Shown here piece by piece: positions 24,276 to 33,924 of a DNA stretch of 50,049 bases (its first letter is position 1; each line of letters opens with the position of its first letter). The DNA lies in the IMG/VR virus record IMGVR_UViG_3300045912_000109, positions 1-50,049 of that record; one strand, 5' to 3'. The stretch comes from a virus. Taxonomy: Duplodnaviria > Caudoviricetes. Made by a program: the position numbers and the translations under genes. The notes under the pieces are model-generated. The model searched no databases and had not been told where the DNA came from. It saw nothing but the letters and a program-made list of their open reading frames with translations.

Positions 24276-26663
24276 ATGGCTCGCAAGAAAAAAACTATCG
24301 GAAACGATAGTCACCTACCACAATCGGGTGACTTAAACCTTCTGACCGTCTCGGAAAATGGCAAGGCTCCCGAGAGCGCGATCAGAGATTCAAACTCCGC
24401 CTATCAAATCGCAACTAGGCTGCGCCAAGACAACGCAGGAAGAGCCAATAAAATGATCCGGCTCTACAAAGCATACAAGCGGTTTCCAACGGTCGAATAC
24501 TCGAAGATTGTGAAAACAAAGTTCCCTTGGCAATCCACCGTGAATTGGGGCCAGCTTGAGTTCATCATTGACAACCAAAAAACCAGCTTCATTGACTTGC
24601 TGACCGAGCGCACGTCAGCTTGCAGCATAACCACAAAGTTTGGCGGGATAGAGAAAAGAGCAGAATACTCGGAGTTGATAAGCAAGGGCTTCGACTTGAT
24701 TCTTCGCCAATGGGATGGCTACCTCATTAACCGAGAGCAAGACATTGAGCAAATGCTTCTTTACGGGAAGGGCGTTGAGATGTGGGATCGGCCTACGGGA
24801 TGGCAGAGCAAGCACAAGTGCCTGACAAAAATATACATACCAAGCCGAACTGAAATCGATTTATCCAATCTGGACATCATGGTTACGGAGGACAGCTACT
24901 CCCCGGTAGAGTTCTACCGGATGATCCAGAACGAAGAAACGGCAGAGGCGGCAGGGTGGAATTATTGGGCCTGCATTCGGGCAATCCGGCACAACACGAG
25001 CTACGACAACGCCCACCGCAACTCTGTTCAGTTCGTGAAAGATGTGGCAGAGGGCAACATCAATCTGACCAGAGAATACTCGAAAAGCATTGACGTTTAT
25101 ACAATCTACGTCCGCGAATACGGTTCTGGAAAAATCTCAAAGTTCATCGTCCTGCAAGACTATTACCCAATCGCCTCTCTTGCAAGAAGCAGTCCAGAAA
25201 ATGAGGCAACAACTATGGGGTTCCTGTTCAAAAAAATTGAGTGGTTTGACGGGTGGACATCCCTCATGTGCCCGTTCACCGATTCTTCCGGGTCCGGCAT
25301 GTGGCATGAAATCAAAGGCCTAGGAGACCGAGCATTCGTGGGGGCGCGTCAATATGACGTGACCATGAACAGCATTATTGACGCAATTCGCCTCAATCAA
25401 ATGCTCATGCTCAAAGGATCAAACTCGGAGTCGACAAAAAAGCTCAAGCAAATGGAGTGGTTGCCGATTTCTGTTTTGCCCGAAGACGTTGACTTCGCTC
25501 AGAATCGATTTGAAATTCCAACTCAGGAGTCACTGAACGTCTTGCAGCAGGGGCAGAACGACCTCTACTCTGGAATTGGCCAATATCGTATTAACGCTCC
25601 AACCCGGCAAAACCGTCAACGCACGGCGCGGGAAACTGAAATTGATGCGGCAGAATCAGCAAAACTCTCCGGTTCTCAAATCCGCCTCTACAACGAATGC
25701 GAGACTCGCTGGCAGAGAGAAACGGTTCGCAGGTTCCTAAACTCAAAAACAGGCGAGCAGGGCCGGGAGTTTTATGATCGGTTCGTTGACATGATGACAG
25801 AGTATGGAGTCCCGCCAGAAGCCTATGAGTGGGAAAACATCGAAATGATTCAGAGCAACATGCTTTTCGGGGCAGGCTCCCCATCGCAGAAGCTCATGGC
25901 CGCAGAAAAGACTATGGCGATTTGCGGCATGGTTCCGGCCAACAAGGGCCAGTTCAACGCGATGCGTGACGCCATTGCAGCTTTGAACACAAGGGCAATG
26001 GTTGACCGATACCTGCCCGAGCAAAAAAATCCCATCCCCGAGGAATACAACATCATTTCTTTCGAGAACGCGGGGATGAACGATCCTCTGGCAAACCTCG
26101 AAAACTTCCGAGTTCTTCCCACGCAGAACCATCTGGATCACATTCGTGGTCATTTCTCCGATATAATGACTCAAATTCAGAAGGCCGCTCAAGCCATTCA
26201 GCAGGGCGGAATGAGCAAAGAAGACGCGATGCGGGTTCTTGTAAGCTCCAACATTAAGGCGGCTCATACTACCGCTCACATTGAGTTTGTGGCGCGGGAT
26301 CAGAGCAAACAAGCAGAACTTCGTTTAATCATGCAGAACATGGCAGAGCTTCAACGCATGATGGCGCAGCTTCAAGCCATGATTGAGCAAATGCCTGATC
26401 CGCAGCAGCAACAGCAGCAGGGAATGAGCGAAGAGGAAATCAAACTCCAAGCCAAGGCAGCAATGGCTGCTCTTGATGTGGAAACCAAGCGGCAGTTGGC
26501 TGAGATCAAAATGGCAGCTATTGCGGCCCAACACGACTTGCGGCAGAAAATCACTGAGGAAAAAGGCGTTACTCAAATTGCGCTGCAAAGAGCTAAAGCG
26601 CAAATGGACGCACCCCGAGAAAAACCTATGCCGAAACAAACGGAGAATTATAACGAGCCATGA
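24276..26663 (+). CDS. Portal protein (podovirus type, Q/M-rich C-terminal barrel-like region)
   Basis: 795 aa, RTARE motif, helical C-terminus, position before scaffold and capsid. Confidence 0.75.
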   Translation: MARKKKTIGNDSHLPQSGDLNLLTVSENGKAPESAIRDSNSAYQIATRLRQDNAGRANKMIRLYKAYKRFPTVEYSKIVKTKFPWQSTVNWGQLEFIIDNQKTSFIDLLTERTSACSITTKFGGIEKRAEYSELISKGFDLILRQWDGYLINREQDIEQMLLYGKGVEMWDRPTGWQSKHKCLTKIYIPSRTEIDLSNLDIMVTEDSYSPVEFYRMIQNEETAEAAGWNYWACIRAIRHNTSYDNAHRNSVQFVKDVAEGNINLTREYSKSIDVYTIYVREYGSGKISKFIVLQDYYPIASLARSSPENEATTMGFLFKKIEWFDGWTSLMCPFTDSSGSGMWHEIKGLGDRAFVGARQYDVTMNSIIDAIRLNQMLMLKGSNSESTKKLKQMEWLPISVLPEDVDFAQNRFEIPTQESLNVLQQGQNDLYSGIGQYRINAPTRQNRQRTARETEIDAAESAKLSGSQIRLYNECETRWQRETVRRFLNSKTGEQGREFYDRFVDMMTEYGVPPEAYEWENIEMIQSNMLFGAGSPSQKLMAAEKTMAICGMVPANKGQFNAMRDAIAALNTRAMVDRYLPEQKNPIPEEYNIISFENAGMNDPLANLENFRVLPTQNHLDHIRGHFSDIMTQIQKAAQAIQQGGMSKEDAMRVLVSSNIKAAHTTAHIEFVARDQSKQAELRLIMQNMAELQRMMAQLQAMIEQMPDPQQQQQQGMSEEEIKLQAKAAMAALDVETKRQLAEIKMAAIAAQHDLRQKITEEKGVTQIALQRAKAQMDAPREKPMPKQTENYNEP

Positions 26664-26950
26664 ACGCACGAGAAATTGAAATGGCGCAATCTCTTGCGCT
26701 TTCCATTGCCAAAGACAGTCGTTGGCCATCATTCCGGGAGTATATCCGGACTTCTCTTGGGATCACTGGCCTTGTAGAATCCGACAAAGCAGCGCAAGCT
26801 CTTGGGGTATCTATCGGCATTCACCGAGTCATTACGACTATTGAAGAAGTTGGGGCAGAAGAAAAAGAAGTCGAACCTCTTCCGAATGCAAAAGCCAAAG
26901 CGCAAAAAGAAACTCGTGATCCAGTCGATCCCGACTTAGAAGAATCTTAA
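26660..26950 (+). CDS. Hypothetical protein
   Basis: 96 aa, coupled to the portal stop. Confidence 0.7.
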   Translation: MNAREIEMAQSLALSIAKDSRWPSFREYIRTSLGITGLVESDKAAQALGVSIGIHRVITTIEEVGAEEKEVEPLPNAKAKAQKETRDPVDPDLEES

Positions 26951-26967
26951 CCCACACCCACAAAACT

Positions 26968-28254
26968 ATGAGCGAACAAACAGCATCCGTCGAAACCAAA
27001 AACCAGCAAGACAATTCAACCCCGGAGGCTCCAAAGCCAACCGTGGCAGTAAAAGGAACTCCGGCAGACCTCATTGCGAAGTTCGCACCCAAGAAGATTG
27101 AAGATCAAGTAAAGCAAAACGAGGAAGGTCAGCAGCGAATCGACGAGCGCAAGGCGCAAATGGAGGAAATCGACAGGGCTGAAACCAAGCTCCTGCAAGA
27201 TGAGGGGAGGAAAAAAGGCGGCTTTATGAAGTCAAAGCTCACCGAGCTTGATGAAATGAGGCGCAAGCTGCAAGAGGCCGAGGAAAAGCTCGCAAAGTAT
27301 CAAGAGCAGAACGTAGATGAACTGAACAAAAAAATCGCCGACCTCGAAAGCCAGCTTGCTTCTGCCGACACGAAGAAAGAAGCAATGGAGTTGGCCAACA
27401 AGCTCGCCCGGATTGAAAAAGAGAGAGACGAATTGGTTAACCAATACGCAGAAGAAACGAAGAAGCTGCGAGATCGCCTTGATTTTTACGAGCTTGAAAG
27501 CAATCCTGAGTTTCAGCGTCGGTATGTCGCTCCAATGACCGCTTTGTATAAAGAGGCTTTGGATATAGTTGAAACGGACGCTCAATTAAAGCGTGCCTTC
27601 CAAAAAGCCCTGACGGCTAATGAATCATTTCTGCGCACGATGGGCACTCCAGACTCAGCAGAGTTTGCGCGTGATCGGGACAGCATTATCTCCGAAATTA
27701 TCGAAGGGCTTGCACCGTTCCATCAGCAGCGGTTTGCCGGGATTATGAATGAGTTCATTCGGGCAAGCAAAAATCACGCACAAGCCCTTATCGACCATCA
27801 GCAAACCAGCCAAGAAATCTTCAAAGACATCAATCAGCAAAAGCAGACAGAGGCACAGAAAGCAATTCGAGCATGGACAGAGAGCTTGAACCGAACTCGC
27901 AAAGCGATTGAGCCGGAACTACAAATCGACAAAGAGACCGAGACAATCATCAAGAAGGCTGGGATCGAAGTGAACACCGAGCGGGACGAGGCGATTGCAC
28001 GCGCTATCGTAACCGATAGTTCCCCATACAAGGCAGACGACATCACCCGAGTCATCAACCAAGGCGCATTGTTCCCCAAGGCGCAGGCCATTATCAAGGC
28101 CCAGCAAGTGCAAATTTCCGAACTGCGGTCTCTCGTTGAGAAGCTGCAAGGCTCATCTCCGACAAACAGAAGCTCAGGGATAAACCAGCATAACGAGAAC
28201 AGAGGCAATAACTTAGAATCGTTTGTTTCAAGGTTTTCCCCTGCTTCAAGGTAA
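26968..28254 (+). CDS. Putative capsid scaffolding protein
   Basis: Charged coiled-coil protein upstream of the capsid gene. Confidence 0.6.
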   Translation: MSEQTASVETKNQQDNSTPEAPKPTVAVKGTPADLIAKFAPKKIEDQVKQNEEGQQRIDERKAQMEEIDRAETKLLQDEGRKKGGFMKSKLTELDEMRRKLQEAEEKLAKYQEQNVDELNKKIADLESQLASADTKKEAMELANKLARIEKERDELVNQYAEETKKLRDRLDFYELESNPEFQRRYVAPMTALYKEALDIVETDAQLKRAFQKALTANESFLRTMGTPDSAEFARDRDSIISEIIEGLAPFHQQRFAGIMNEFIRASKNHAQALIDHQQTSQEIFKDINQQKQTEAQKAIRAWTESLNRTRKAIEPELQIDKETETIIKKAGIEVNTERDEAIARAIVTDSSPYKADDITRVINQGALFPKAQAIIKAQQVQISELRSLVEKLQGSSPTNRSSGINQHNENRGNNLESFVSRFSPASR

Positions 28255-28279
28255 CGCCAAAATTTCTGAAAAAAATTTG

Positions 28280-28496
28280 TTGACGTTTTGAACGAAAAAA
28301 CATAGAAGTTCAGCATCAGCAGATATGGTGGTGGTCCACTCTCCCGAAAGGGAGCACATAGAGCTTCATCTGCGGCTCAAAAAATTGGCAAGGCCCTAAT
28401 ACGGGAGCGCGGGGAGTCCGACCGCTGAACGCAAGCAATCGCTATGCGGCGCAGCAGTCGTGTAGCAAAAAACTCAAACCCAAACTTTTCAAACTT
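28280..28496 (+). promoter_or_regulatory. Promoter and structured 5' leader of the capsid gene
   Basis: TTGACG at 28280 with A-tract upstream; GCAGAT...ATCTGC stem enclosing CTCCC-GAAA-GGGAG. Confidence 0.55.
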
Positions 28497-29906
28497 ATGC
28501 CAACTAATCAACAACTCTACTTCGAGAGCTGTAGTCAGATCGACACCTTCTTCCGGGAAGGCCGCGAATACTTCAACGAGATTTACCTCAAGAAGTTGAT
28601 GCAGAACTCGCCTTACTTCACCCGTGTGGAAACCCGTTCGTGGCCCATGAACACCGGGCCGACTCAGCGCGGTTTTCGTTTTGGTCGTGGATACTACGAC
28701 CCCTGCAATCCCTTCAAGCGGATCATCTCTGACCGCTGTGAACAAAACTCCTGCGACAGCAACCCCGAAATCATCAAGCGTCCGGGAACCGACTCCTACA
28801 CTTGGGAGTTGCTTCGCCGCCAAATGAGGACAGAGTGGATTTGCGTCGAAGACTTGACCATGCGGCTCTTCCCTGCCGAAGAAATTCTTCACTTGGAAGA
28901 AAACAACGCCAAGATCACCCGCAACGTCCATGAAGAGTTCGTTCGCTCGAACTACATTTGGGGTTCCGCCCACAAGTGGGTTGGCTTCGTCAACGAAGAC
29001 GGCACCTATTGCGGACACTTGGACGACGGAGCGTTCTTTGTTCCCGAACACAGTTCTGGCAATGATGCTGGTCCGAACCTGTGTAACATTCGGGTAAAAT
29101 GCTCCGTTGCCGATCTGTCCAAAATCGCCCAGCTTTCTCTCGACATGCTTGATGAAGCTCTTGTTGACCTTCAAGACGAAGATGACGCCTATCGGCTGGA
29201 CTTGGTTGAAGCGGCTGGCCAACCCTTGCTCGACATCATCATTCCCGATGTTCGCGTGGGCCGCAGCCTTTACTTCCAAACCAAAAACAACCAAGGTTAC
29301 TGGGATGCTGACACCGACTTCGACAAGCGAATCACTGCTTACCGTCTTGGAGTCAACCGGATCATCGGAGACTACGCCTTTGGTTACGACATCACGGCCC
29401 CTCGGTTTAACGTGGACACCGACTTCAACGCGACGCTTCCTCCGTTCAACGAAGACGATCCTTCCACTTGGCCGCGCTTGCTTCGTGTTCCGAAATACAT
29501 CTGCCAACCCGCAGAAATCGGAGGCAAATACGTCCCCAACCGCGATTACAAAAACGCCGATTTTGGCATCAGTATTGCGTGGGTTCCGAAAGGAATCATC
29601 AAATGGGAACGTCCGTCCCTCACTGGCTACGGCAGTGCTCAAATGGAAACCCCGAACTATGCCGGGGATTGGGAGTGGCGTCGGCCAGACTGGGAGTGCA
29701 ACGAGTGGGGCAAATCCGGTTACTACCGCGCCGAGTTCCACATGGGTGCGCAGTTCTTCGATCCCACGATTATGCACACGTTCCTGCATCGTCTGGATCG
29801 CAGCAAAAACCTCCGCGGCTCTTGCTGCCCTCTCAACGAATACCGTGCTCCCGCCGAGCAAGACTGCTACGTCTGCGAAGGTGTTGGAGAAGGTGGAGAA
29901 GGTTAA
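28497..29906 (+). CDS. Major capsid protein
   Basis: 469 aa, strongly biased codon usage, own promoter and terminator, follows portal and scaffold. Confidence 0.8.
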   Translation: MPTNQQLYFESCSQIDTFFREGREYFNEIYLKKLMQNSPYFTRVETRSWPMNTGPTQRGFRFGRGYYDPCNPFKRIISDRCEQNSCDSNPEIIKRPGTDSYTWELLRRQMRTEWICVEDLTMRLFPAEEILHLEENNAKITRNVHEEFVRSNYIWGSAHKWVGFVNEDGTYCGHLDDGAFFVPEHSSGNDAGPNLCNIRVKCSVADLSKIAQLSLDMLDEALVDLQDEDDAYRLDLVEAAGQPLLDIIIPDVRVGRSLYFQTKNNQGYWDADTDFDKRITAYRLGVNRIIGDYAFGYDITAPRFNVDTDFNATLPPFNEDDPSTWPRLLRVPKYICQPAEIGGKYVPNRDYKNADFGISIAWVPKGIIKWERPSLTGYGSAQMETPNYAGDWEWRRPDWECNEWGKSGYYRAEFHMGAQFFDPTIMHTFLHRLDRSKNLRGSCCPLNEYRAPAEQDCYVCEGVGEGGEG

Positions 29907-29914
29907 TCTCAACT

Positions 29915-29938
29915 GAGAGGGGGCTTCGGCCCCCTCTC
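29915..29938 (+). terminator. Hairpin/terminator after the capsid gene
   Basis: GAGAGGGGGC-TTCG-GCCCCCTCTC (UUCG loop), weak U-tract. Confidence 0.7.
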
Positions 29939-29955
29939 GCATTACCTTAAAAAAT

Positions 29956-30105
29956 ATGTCCGACTGCAAAACCAAACCCTGTTTTGAGAACATGACCCGC
30001 GACGAACAAACGTGGGAAATCTACAAGCAGCTTTGCGAGATCAAAGAACAGATTGCGGAAATCAAAGCAATCGTTGAAACCATTCAACAAAACACTCAAC
30101 CCTGA
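29956..30105 (+). CDS. 49-aa protein (not in ORF track)
   Basis: MSDCKTKPCFENMTRDEQTWEIYKQLCEIKEQIAEIKAIVETIQQNTQP; CF..(M/L)....Q..EIY motif shared with the N-terminus of 30917. Confidence 0.65.
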   Translation: MSDCKTKPCFENMTRDEQTWEIYKQLCEIKEQIAEIKAIVETIQQNTQP

Positions 30106-30148
30106 CCCTGCTATCGGAAACGATAGTTAAAAACAGAAAACAAAAAAT

Positions 30149-30772
30149 ATGCCTACTACATCTGCACCCGCCCGCCACCAACACAATCGTCGTTTGGTGA
30201 CTTACTTGGACATTCCTTTCGATCTTATGATCGCTGGAGATGTTGACCTCTCGGGCCCGCTTCCCGACAATGCAACCCGCTTCCATCCAACAAGCGTAGT
30301 TCTCGACATTAACTTTGTTCGTGGAACTGAAACGGTGGCCGCTCAAGTCGGAGCGGATAATGGAACTAACGGTCAGACCGTTTTCACCACGCAAACGCTG
30401 ACTGGAGTGGCGCAAGATCGGCAATATGTTCTCGTGCCTTCGGCCAACGGATTCGTCATCACTGGAACGAAAAAACTTCGCCTTAAGAAAGTAGCTCTTC
30501 GTGTCGGCCAAGCCATCACGAACCGCGCTCGCGCAAACAACATCGCAACTCTGACTACCGCAGCGGCGCATGGATTCGCGCCGGGAGATGTGATTACTGT
30601 GGCGAGCGTTGGCGGGACTGGATACAACGGAACCGTGACTGTTCTCACTGTCCCGACCGCTACTACGTTCACTTACGCCTCTGTTGGCGCGAATGAAACC
30701 ACGGCGGCAGACACAGCCGGACGGGTTGGAGCTTGTCGCGGCGTTGCTCACGTTACCGGCATTTACTACTAA
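30149..30772 (+). CDS. Virion structural/decoration protein
   Basis: T/A/V/G-rich beta protein, AHGFAPGDVITV...YNGTVTV module. Confidence 0.65.
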   Translation: MPTTSAPARHQHNRRLVTYLDIPFDLMIAGDVDLSGPLPDNATRFHPTSVVLDINFVRGTETVAAQVGADNGTNGQTVFTTQTLTGVAQDRQYVLVPSANGFVITGTKKLRLKKVALRVGQAITNRARANNIATLTTAAAHGFAPGDVITVASVGGTGYNGTVTVLTVPTATTFTYASVGANETTAADTAGRVGACRGVAHVTGIYY

Positions 30773-30916
30773 CCAAAGAAACAATCGCCACCCGCATGAA
30801 TGTTGAGTTCTTTCCGATCTTTAGAGGAAGCTCATCGCCTCTTGTGGGGGATTGGATTGAACTCAACGCCTGCGGGGGAGTAAAAGCCTCTCTCGCAGGC
30901 AAACGCTGAAAAGAAT

Positions 30917-32353
30917 ATGAGTATTGCATGTTTCGTCAATTTGCCTCCGAGTTCACAGAAGTATGAAATCTACTCTGTCCTGATGACACAGGCAGGAAAG
31001 GAAGAAGAAATGATTGCGAGAGACTGTTTTGATGCGCTGGGACCGTCTGGCCAACTTTACCACATCAAAGAGGCTTTGGAGGATGCGTTTGATGAAATCG
31101 CCAACGTCCTGCCGCTCGCCGCGCCGGGTGTCTCACGCGGCATGCTCGGCAACGGCACGCAGACCATCGGCGGAAACAAAACATTTGCCGACAACCTCAC
31201 CGTGCAGGGCAACACCTCTCTCGGCGATTCAGCTTCCGACACGCTTACGATCAGCGGCACCATCACCGCCGCCAACGCCAACGGCACGGCGGCAAACTCG
31301 GTTGCCAACGTCGGCACGCTGGATGGTCGTTATCCCTCAATCCTCCAACGCGCTCCCGGTCTGGCCCTAAACAGCAACGCTGCGTGGGCCACCTATGCAG
31401 ACGGCCCTGCCGTCGCGGGCACGTCGCAATGCTCCGGGGCGGTGCTCACCCCCCTCAACCGCGTCGTCATCGTTCCCAATGACCGCAGCACGGTGGATAA
31501 TTACGATCCGGTGACAAACACAATCACGACCGGGCCAACACATGGTGCGGGATGGTTTGCGTTTTCCGGGGGGGTTTTGTTGCGAGACGGGCGAGTGGTG
31601 TTAATCCCGTCCGCTTCCACCGTGGTCGGGCTGCTCTCGGCAAATCTGACGACCTACACCGCAGGGCCGTCCCGCACTGGCCCCTCGAATGCGTTTCATG
31701 GCGGCGTGCTCACCGCCAACAACCGGGTGGTATTTGCCCCGACCGATAATCCCACGGTGGACTGGTATGATGTGGCGGCGAATACCTACAACGTCGGCCC
31801 CGCGCATGGCCGGGGATTCACAGCGTTTGCCGGAGCGCAACTGCTACAAAATGGCACCGTGTTGCTCGTGCCGAATAACTCAACGACCATCGGATTGTTT
31901 GATCCCGTGGCAGGCACCTACTCGAACGGACCAACCCACGGTAAGGGCGCGGGGGCGTTTTATGGAGCCGCGCCGCTGCCCGATGGCCGGGTGTTGCTGG
32001 TGCCGTTTAGTAGCCCAAATGTCGGGCTCTACGATCCGAGAACCAATACATACGCCGACGGCCCCGCCCACGGGATGGGCTCCAATGCCTACGTCGGCGG
32101 GGTGGCTCTACCCTCTGGCGATGTGCTGTTGATCCCGCGCAACGCGGCCCAACACGCGATTTACAATTATCGGACTAACACCCTGACATTTCTGCCCGCC
32201 CACGGAAAGGGCACGATTGCGTGGTCTGGCGGAGTTCTCCTCGGCGATGGCCGAGTCGTCACAGTCCCGCGAAACGCAGGCGTCTTGGGGCTCATCAACT
32301 CTCACCAACCCGCTCCCGGCCTCATCCTCGGTCCCTTTTACAACAAACTATAA
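30917..32353 (+). CDS. Fibre / receptor-binding protein with beta-propeller-like repeats
   Basis: QTIGGNKTF fibre motif, then about seven ~43-aa repeats (GGVLL.DGRVVLIP...YDP..NTY..GP.HG). Confidence 0.75.
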   Translation: MSIACFVNLPPSSQKYEIYSVLMTQAGKEEEMIARDCFDALGPSGQLYHIKEALEDAFDEIANVLPLAAPGVSRGMLGNGTQTIGGNKTFADNLTVQGNTSLGDSASDTLTISGTITAANANGTAANSVANVGTLDGRYPSILQRAPGLALNSNAAWATYADGPAVAGTSQCSGAVLTPLNRVVIVPNDRSTVDNYDPVTNTITTGPTHGAGWFAFSGGVLLRDGRVVLIPSASTVVGLLSANLTTYTAGPSRTGPSNAFHGGVLTANNRVVFAPTDNPTVDWYDVAANTYNVGPAHGRGFTAFAGAQLLQNGTVLLVPNNSTTIGLFDPVAGTYSNGPTHGKGAGAFYGAAPLPDGRVLLVPFSSPNVGLYDPRTNTYADGPAHGMGSNAYVGGVALPSGDVLLIPRNAAQHAIYNYRTNTLTFLPAHGKGTIAWSGGVLLGDGRVVTVPRNAGVLGLINSHQPAPGLILGPFYNKL

Positions 32354-32358
32354 AACCC

Positions 32359-32781
32359 ATGAAAAAAACCACCCTCATCCTCATTATCGCCGCGACATTT
32401 GTCGCGGGTAACAGCCTCCACGCCCAACTCCTCGGAGCCCCGCCCGAGACGCCAGCAGAACGTCAGGCCCGGCTCATTGTCGAATCGGTCGAGTCCAGCA
32501 AAAACGCCATCCTCGGCGAGTTCCGGCACAATTTCCGGTTGCTGTGGGATTCCCCCGATCCTCAGGCGGTCCTCGATGCCCTCGGCCCACGGGCAGGGAA
32601 ATTGTTTGCCATCAACTCCCGGCTGACCCAATACATCCTGAACGAGCTAACTCTGGCCAACGACACCGCCGCCATCGCCGAGGTCAACGCGCTGCTCGCT
32701 CGCATCCCGTCTCATGTCGTCAACGAGGACGGCACGGTGACGCTGATTGAGCCAGAGCCGGAGCCCACGCCGCAAGAATAA
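32359..32781 (+). CDS. Hypothetical protein with signal peptide
   Basis: MKKTTLILIIAATFVAGNSLHA-Q. Confidence 0.7.
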   Translation: MKKTTLILIIAATFVAGNSLHAQLLGAPPETPAERQARLIVESVESSKNAILGEFRHNFRLLWDSPDPQAVLDALGPRAGKLFAINSRLTQYILNELTLANDTAAIAEVNALLARIPSHVVNEDGTVTLIEPEPEPTPQE

Positions 32782-32784
32782 CCC

Positions 32785-33156
32785 ATGCATTTACCGCCAG
32801 AAAACTGCCCGAACGACGGAGTTTGCGTTACGCTTCCAACGCGCATTTATGCACTTGAGGATGCGCAAGGGCGGCAAGACGCCGCGTTAGAACGCATAGG
32901 AAAAGACCTCGACCAAGTTAAGCGGGAGGTCCACGAAATCCGCGTCACGATTCGAGAGCGAGACGGACAGGCGCAATTCCTGCGCACTGTTTTTCTCACG
33001 TTGCTAGGGATGTTTGTGAGCGGGGTCATCGCCATGCTAGCGCAGATAGGCGTAACGGTTTATTACGCTGGGAAAATGGCCGAAAAAATCGACCGCATGG
33101 TGTTGGTGGTCGATGATCACGAAGCGCGTATTCGTGCGGAGGAACGGAAACCATGA
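32785..33156 (+). CDS. Membrane coiled-coil protein (lysis module)
   Basis: Coiled coil plus one TM segment, upstream of the endolysin. Confidence 0.6.
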   Translation: MHLPPENCPNDGVCVTLPTRIYALEDAQGRQDAALERIGKDLDQVKREVHEIRVTIRERDGQAQFLRTVFLTLLGMFVSGVIAMLAQIGVTVYYAGKMAEKIDRMVLVVDDHEARIRAEERKP

Positions 33157-33380
33157 CGCCGAGTCGCACTCCCTCTCCGGTTCTGTATATGGTTGTGGGG
33201 AGCATTTGCCTCATAGCGATCACATGCGTGTCGTCGCTGGCCTATATGTCGATTTTCGGCGTGTCCCCGCATGAAGCGGTGTTTGGTGCACTCAAGGACG
33301 CGACGACATTCATTTTGGGTGCGCTGACTGGGATTTTGGTCAACACTCGCAATCAACCTCCACAAAATGGAGAAAAATGA
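33153..33380 (+). CDS. Putative holin
   Basis: 75 aa, two hydrophobic helices. Confidence 0.55.
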   Translation: MTPSRTPSPVLYMVVGSICLIAITCVSSLAYMSIFGVSPHEAVFGALKDATTFILGALTGILVNTRNQPPQNGEK

Positions 33381-33517
33381 ATGCGTTGGTGCTCCTCAAA
33401 TGGCTCGCAATCATCGGCATCGTCGCCATTGCACTTTGTTGCTGGGGGTGCTCTTTGCAATATCGCTATCCTGACATCATCGGAGAGCAGCCTAACATTG
33501 GAGGGATTGGGGAATGA
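33377..33517 (+). CDS. Small lipoprotein (possible spanin component; not in ORF track)
   Basis: MNALVLLKWLAIIGIVAIALCCWGCSLQY...; ATGA overlaps at both ends. Confidence 0.55.
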   Translation: MNALVLLKWLAIIGIVAIALCCWGCSLQYRYPDIIGEQPNIGGIGE

Positions 33518-33924
33518 GGACGCTGAACGCACTTGAGGAGCCTCGGGTGTATTGGGATCGACAGGCTCGGACATGGCGCACGGATTCCGATGTCGTTTGG
33601 TTTGCGCGGGAGGCTAACGTCACCATTGTCGTCAACGCGGGATTTGAGACTGACCTTGCCAGCGTTCCGTTTTTTCTGGTCCCATTCGTCAGCATGTACG
33701 GCAACTGGAATCGCGCTGCCATCGTCCACGACTATTTGTATTTTCACCGGGGCGTGTTGCCGTGCGGCAAGATTCTGACGCGCAAACAGTGCGACCGGAT
33801 TTTCTTAGACATCGCAATCGTGGATGGGACGAATCCGTTTGTGGCAATGATGGGGTATTATGGGATCAGGACCAATCCGGCCAACTGGCCGATTTTTAAG
33901 CGCTGGGGAGGGCAGGCAAAATGA
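33514..33924 (+). CDS. DUF1353-like protein
   Basis: GFETDLASVP...RAAIVHDYLY...CDRIF. Confidence 0.85.
   Translation: MRTLNALEEPRVYWDRQARTWRTDSDVVWFAREANVTIVVNAGFETDLASVPFFLVPFVSMYGNWNRAAIVHDYLYFHRGVLPCGKILTRKQCDRIFLDIAIVDGTNPFVAMMGYYGIRTNPANWPIFKRWGGQAK

Noticed and set aside
28377-29993. 538-aa minus-strand ORF
   Set aside because: Shadow of the codon-biased major capsid gene.
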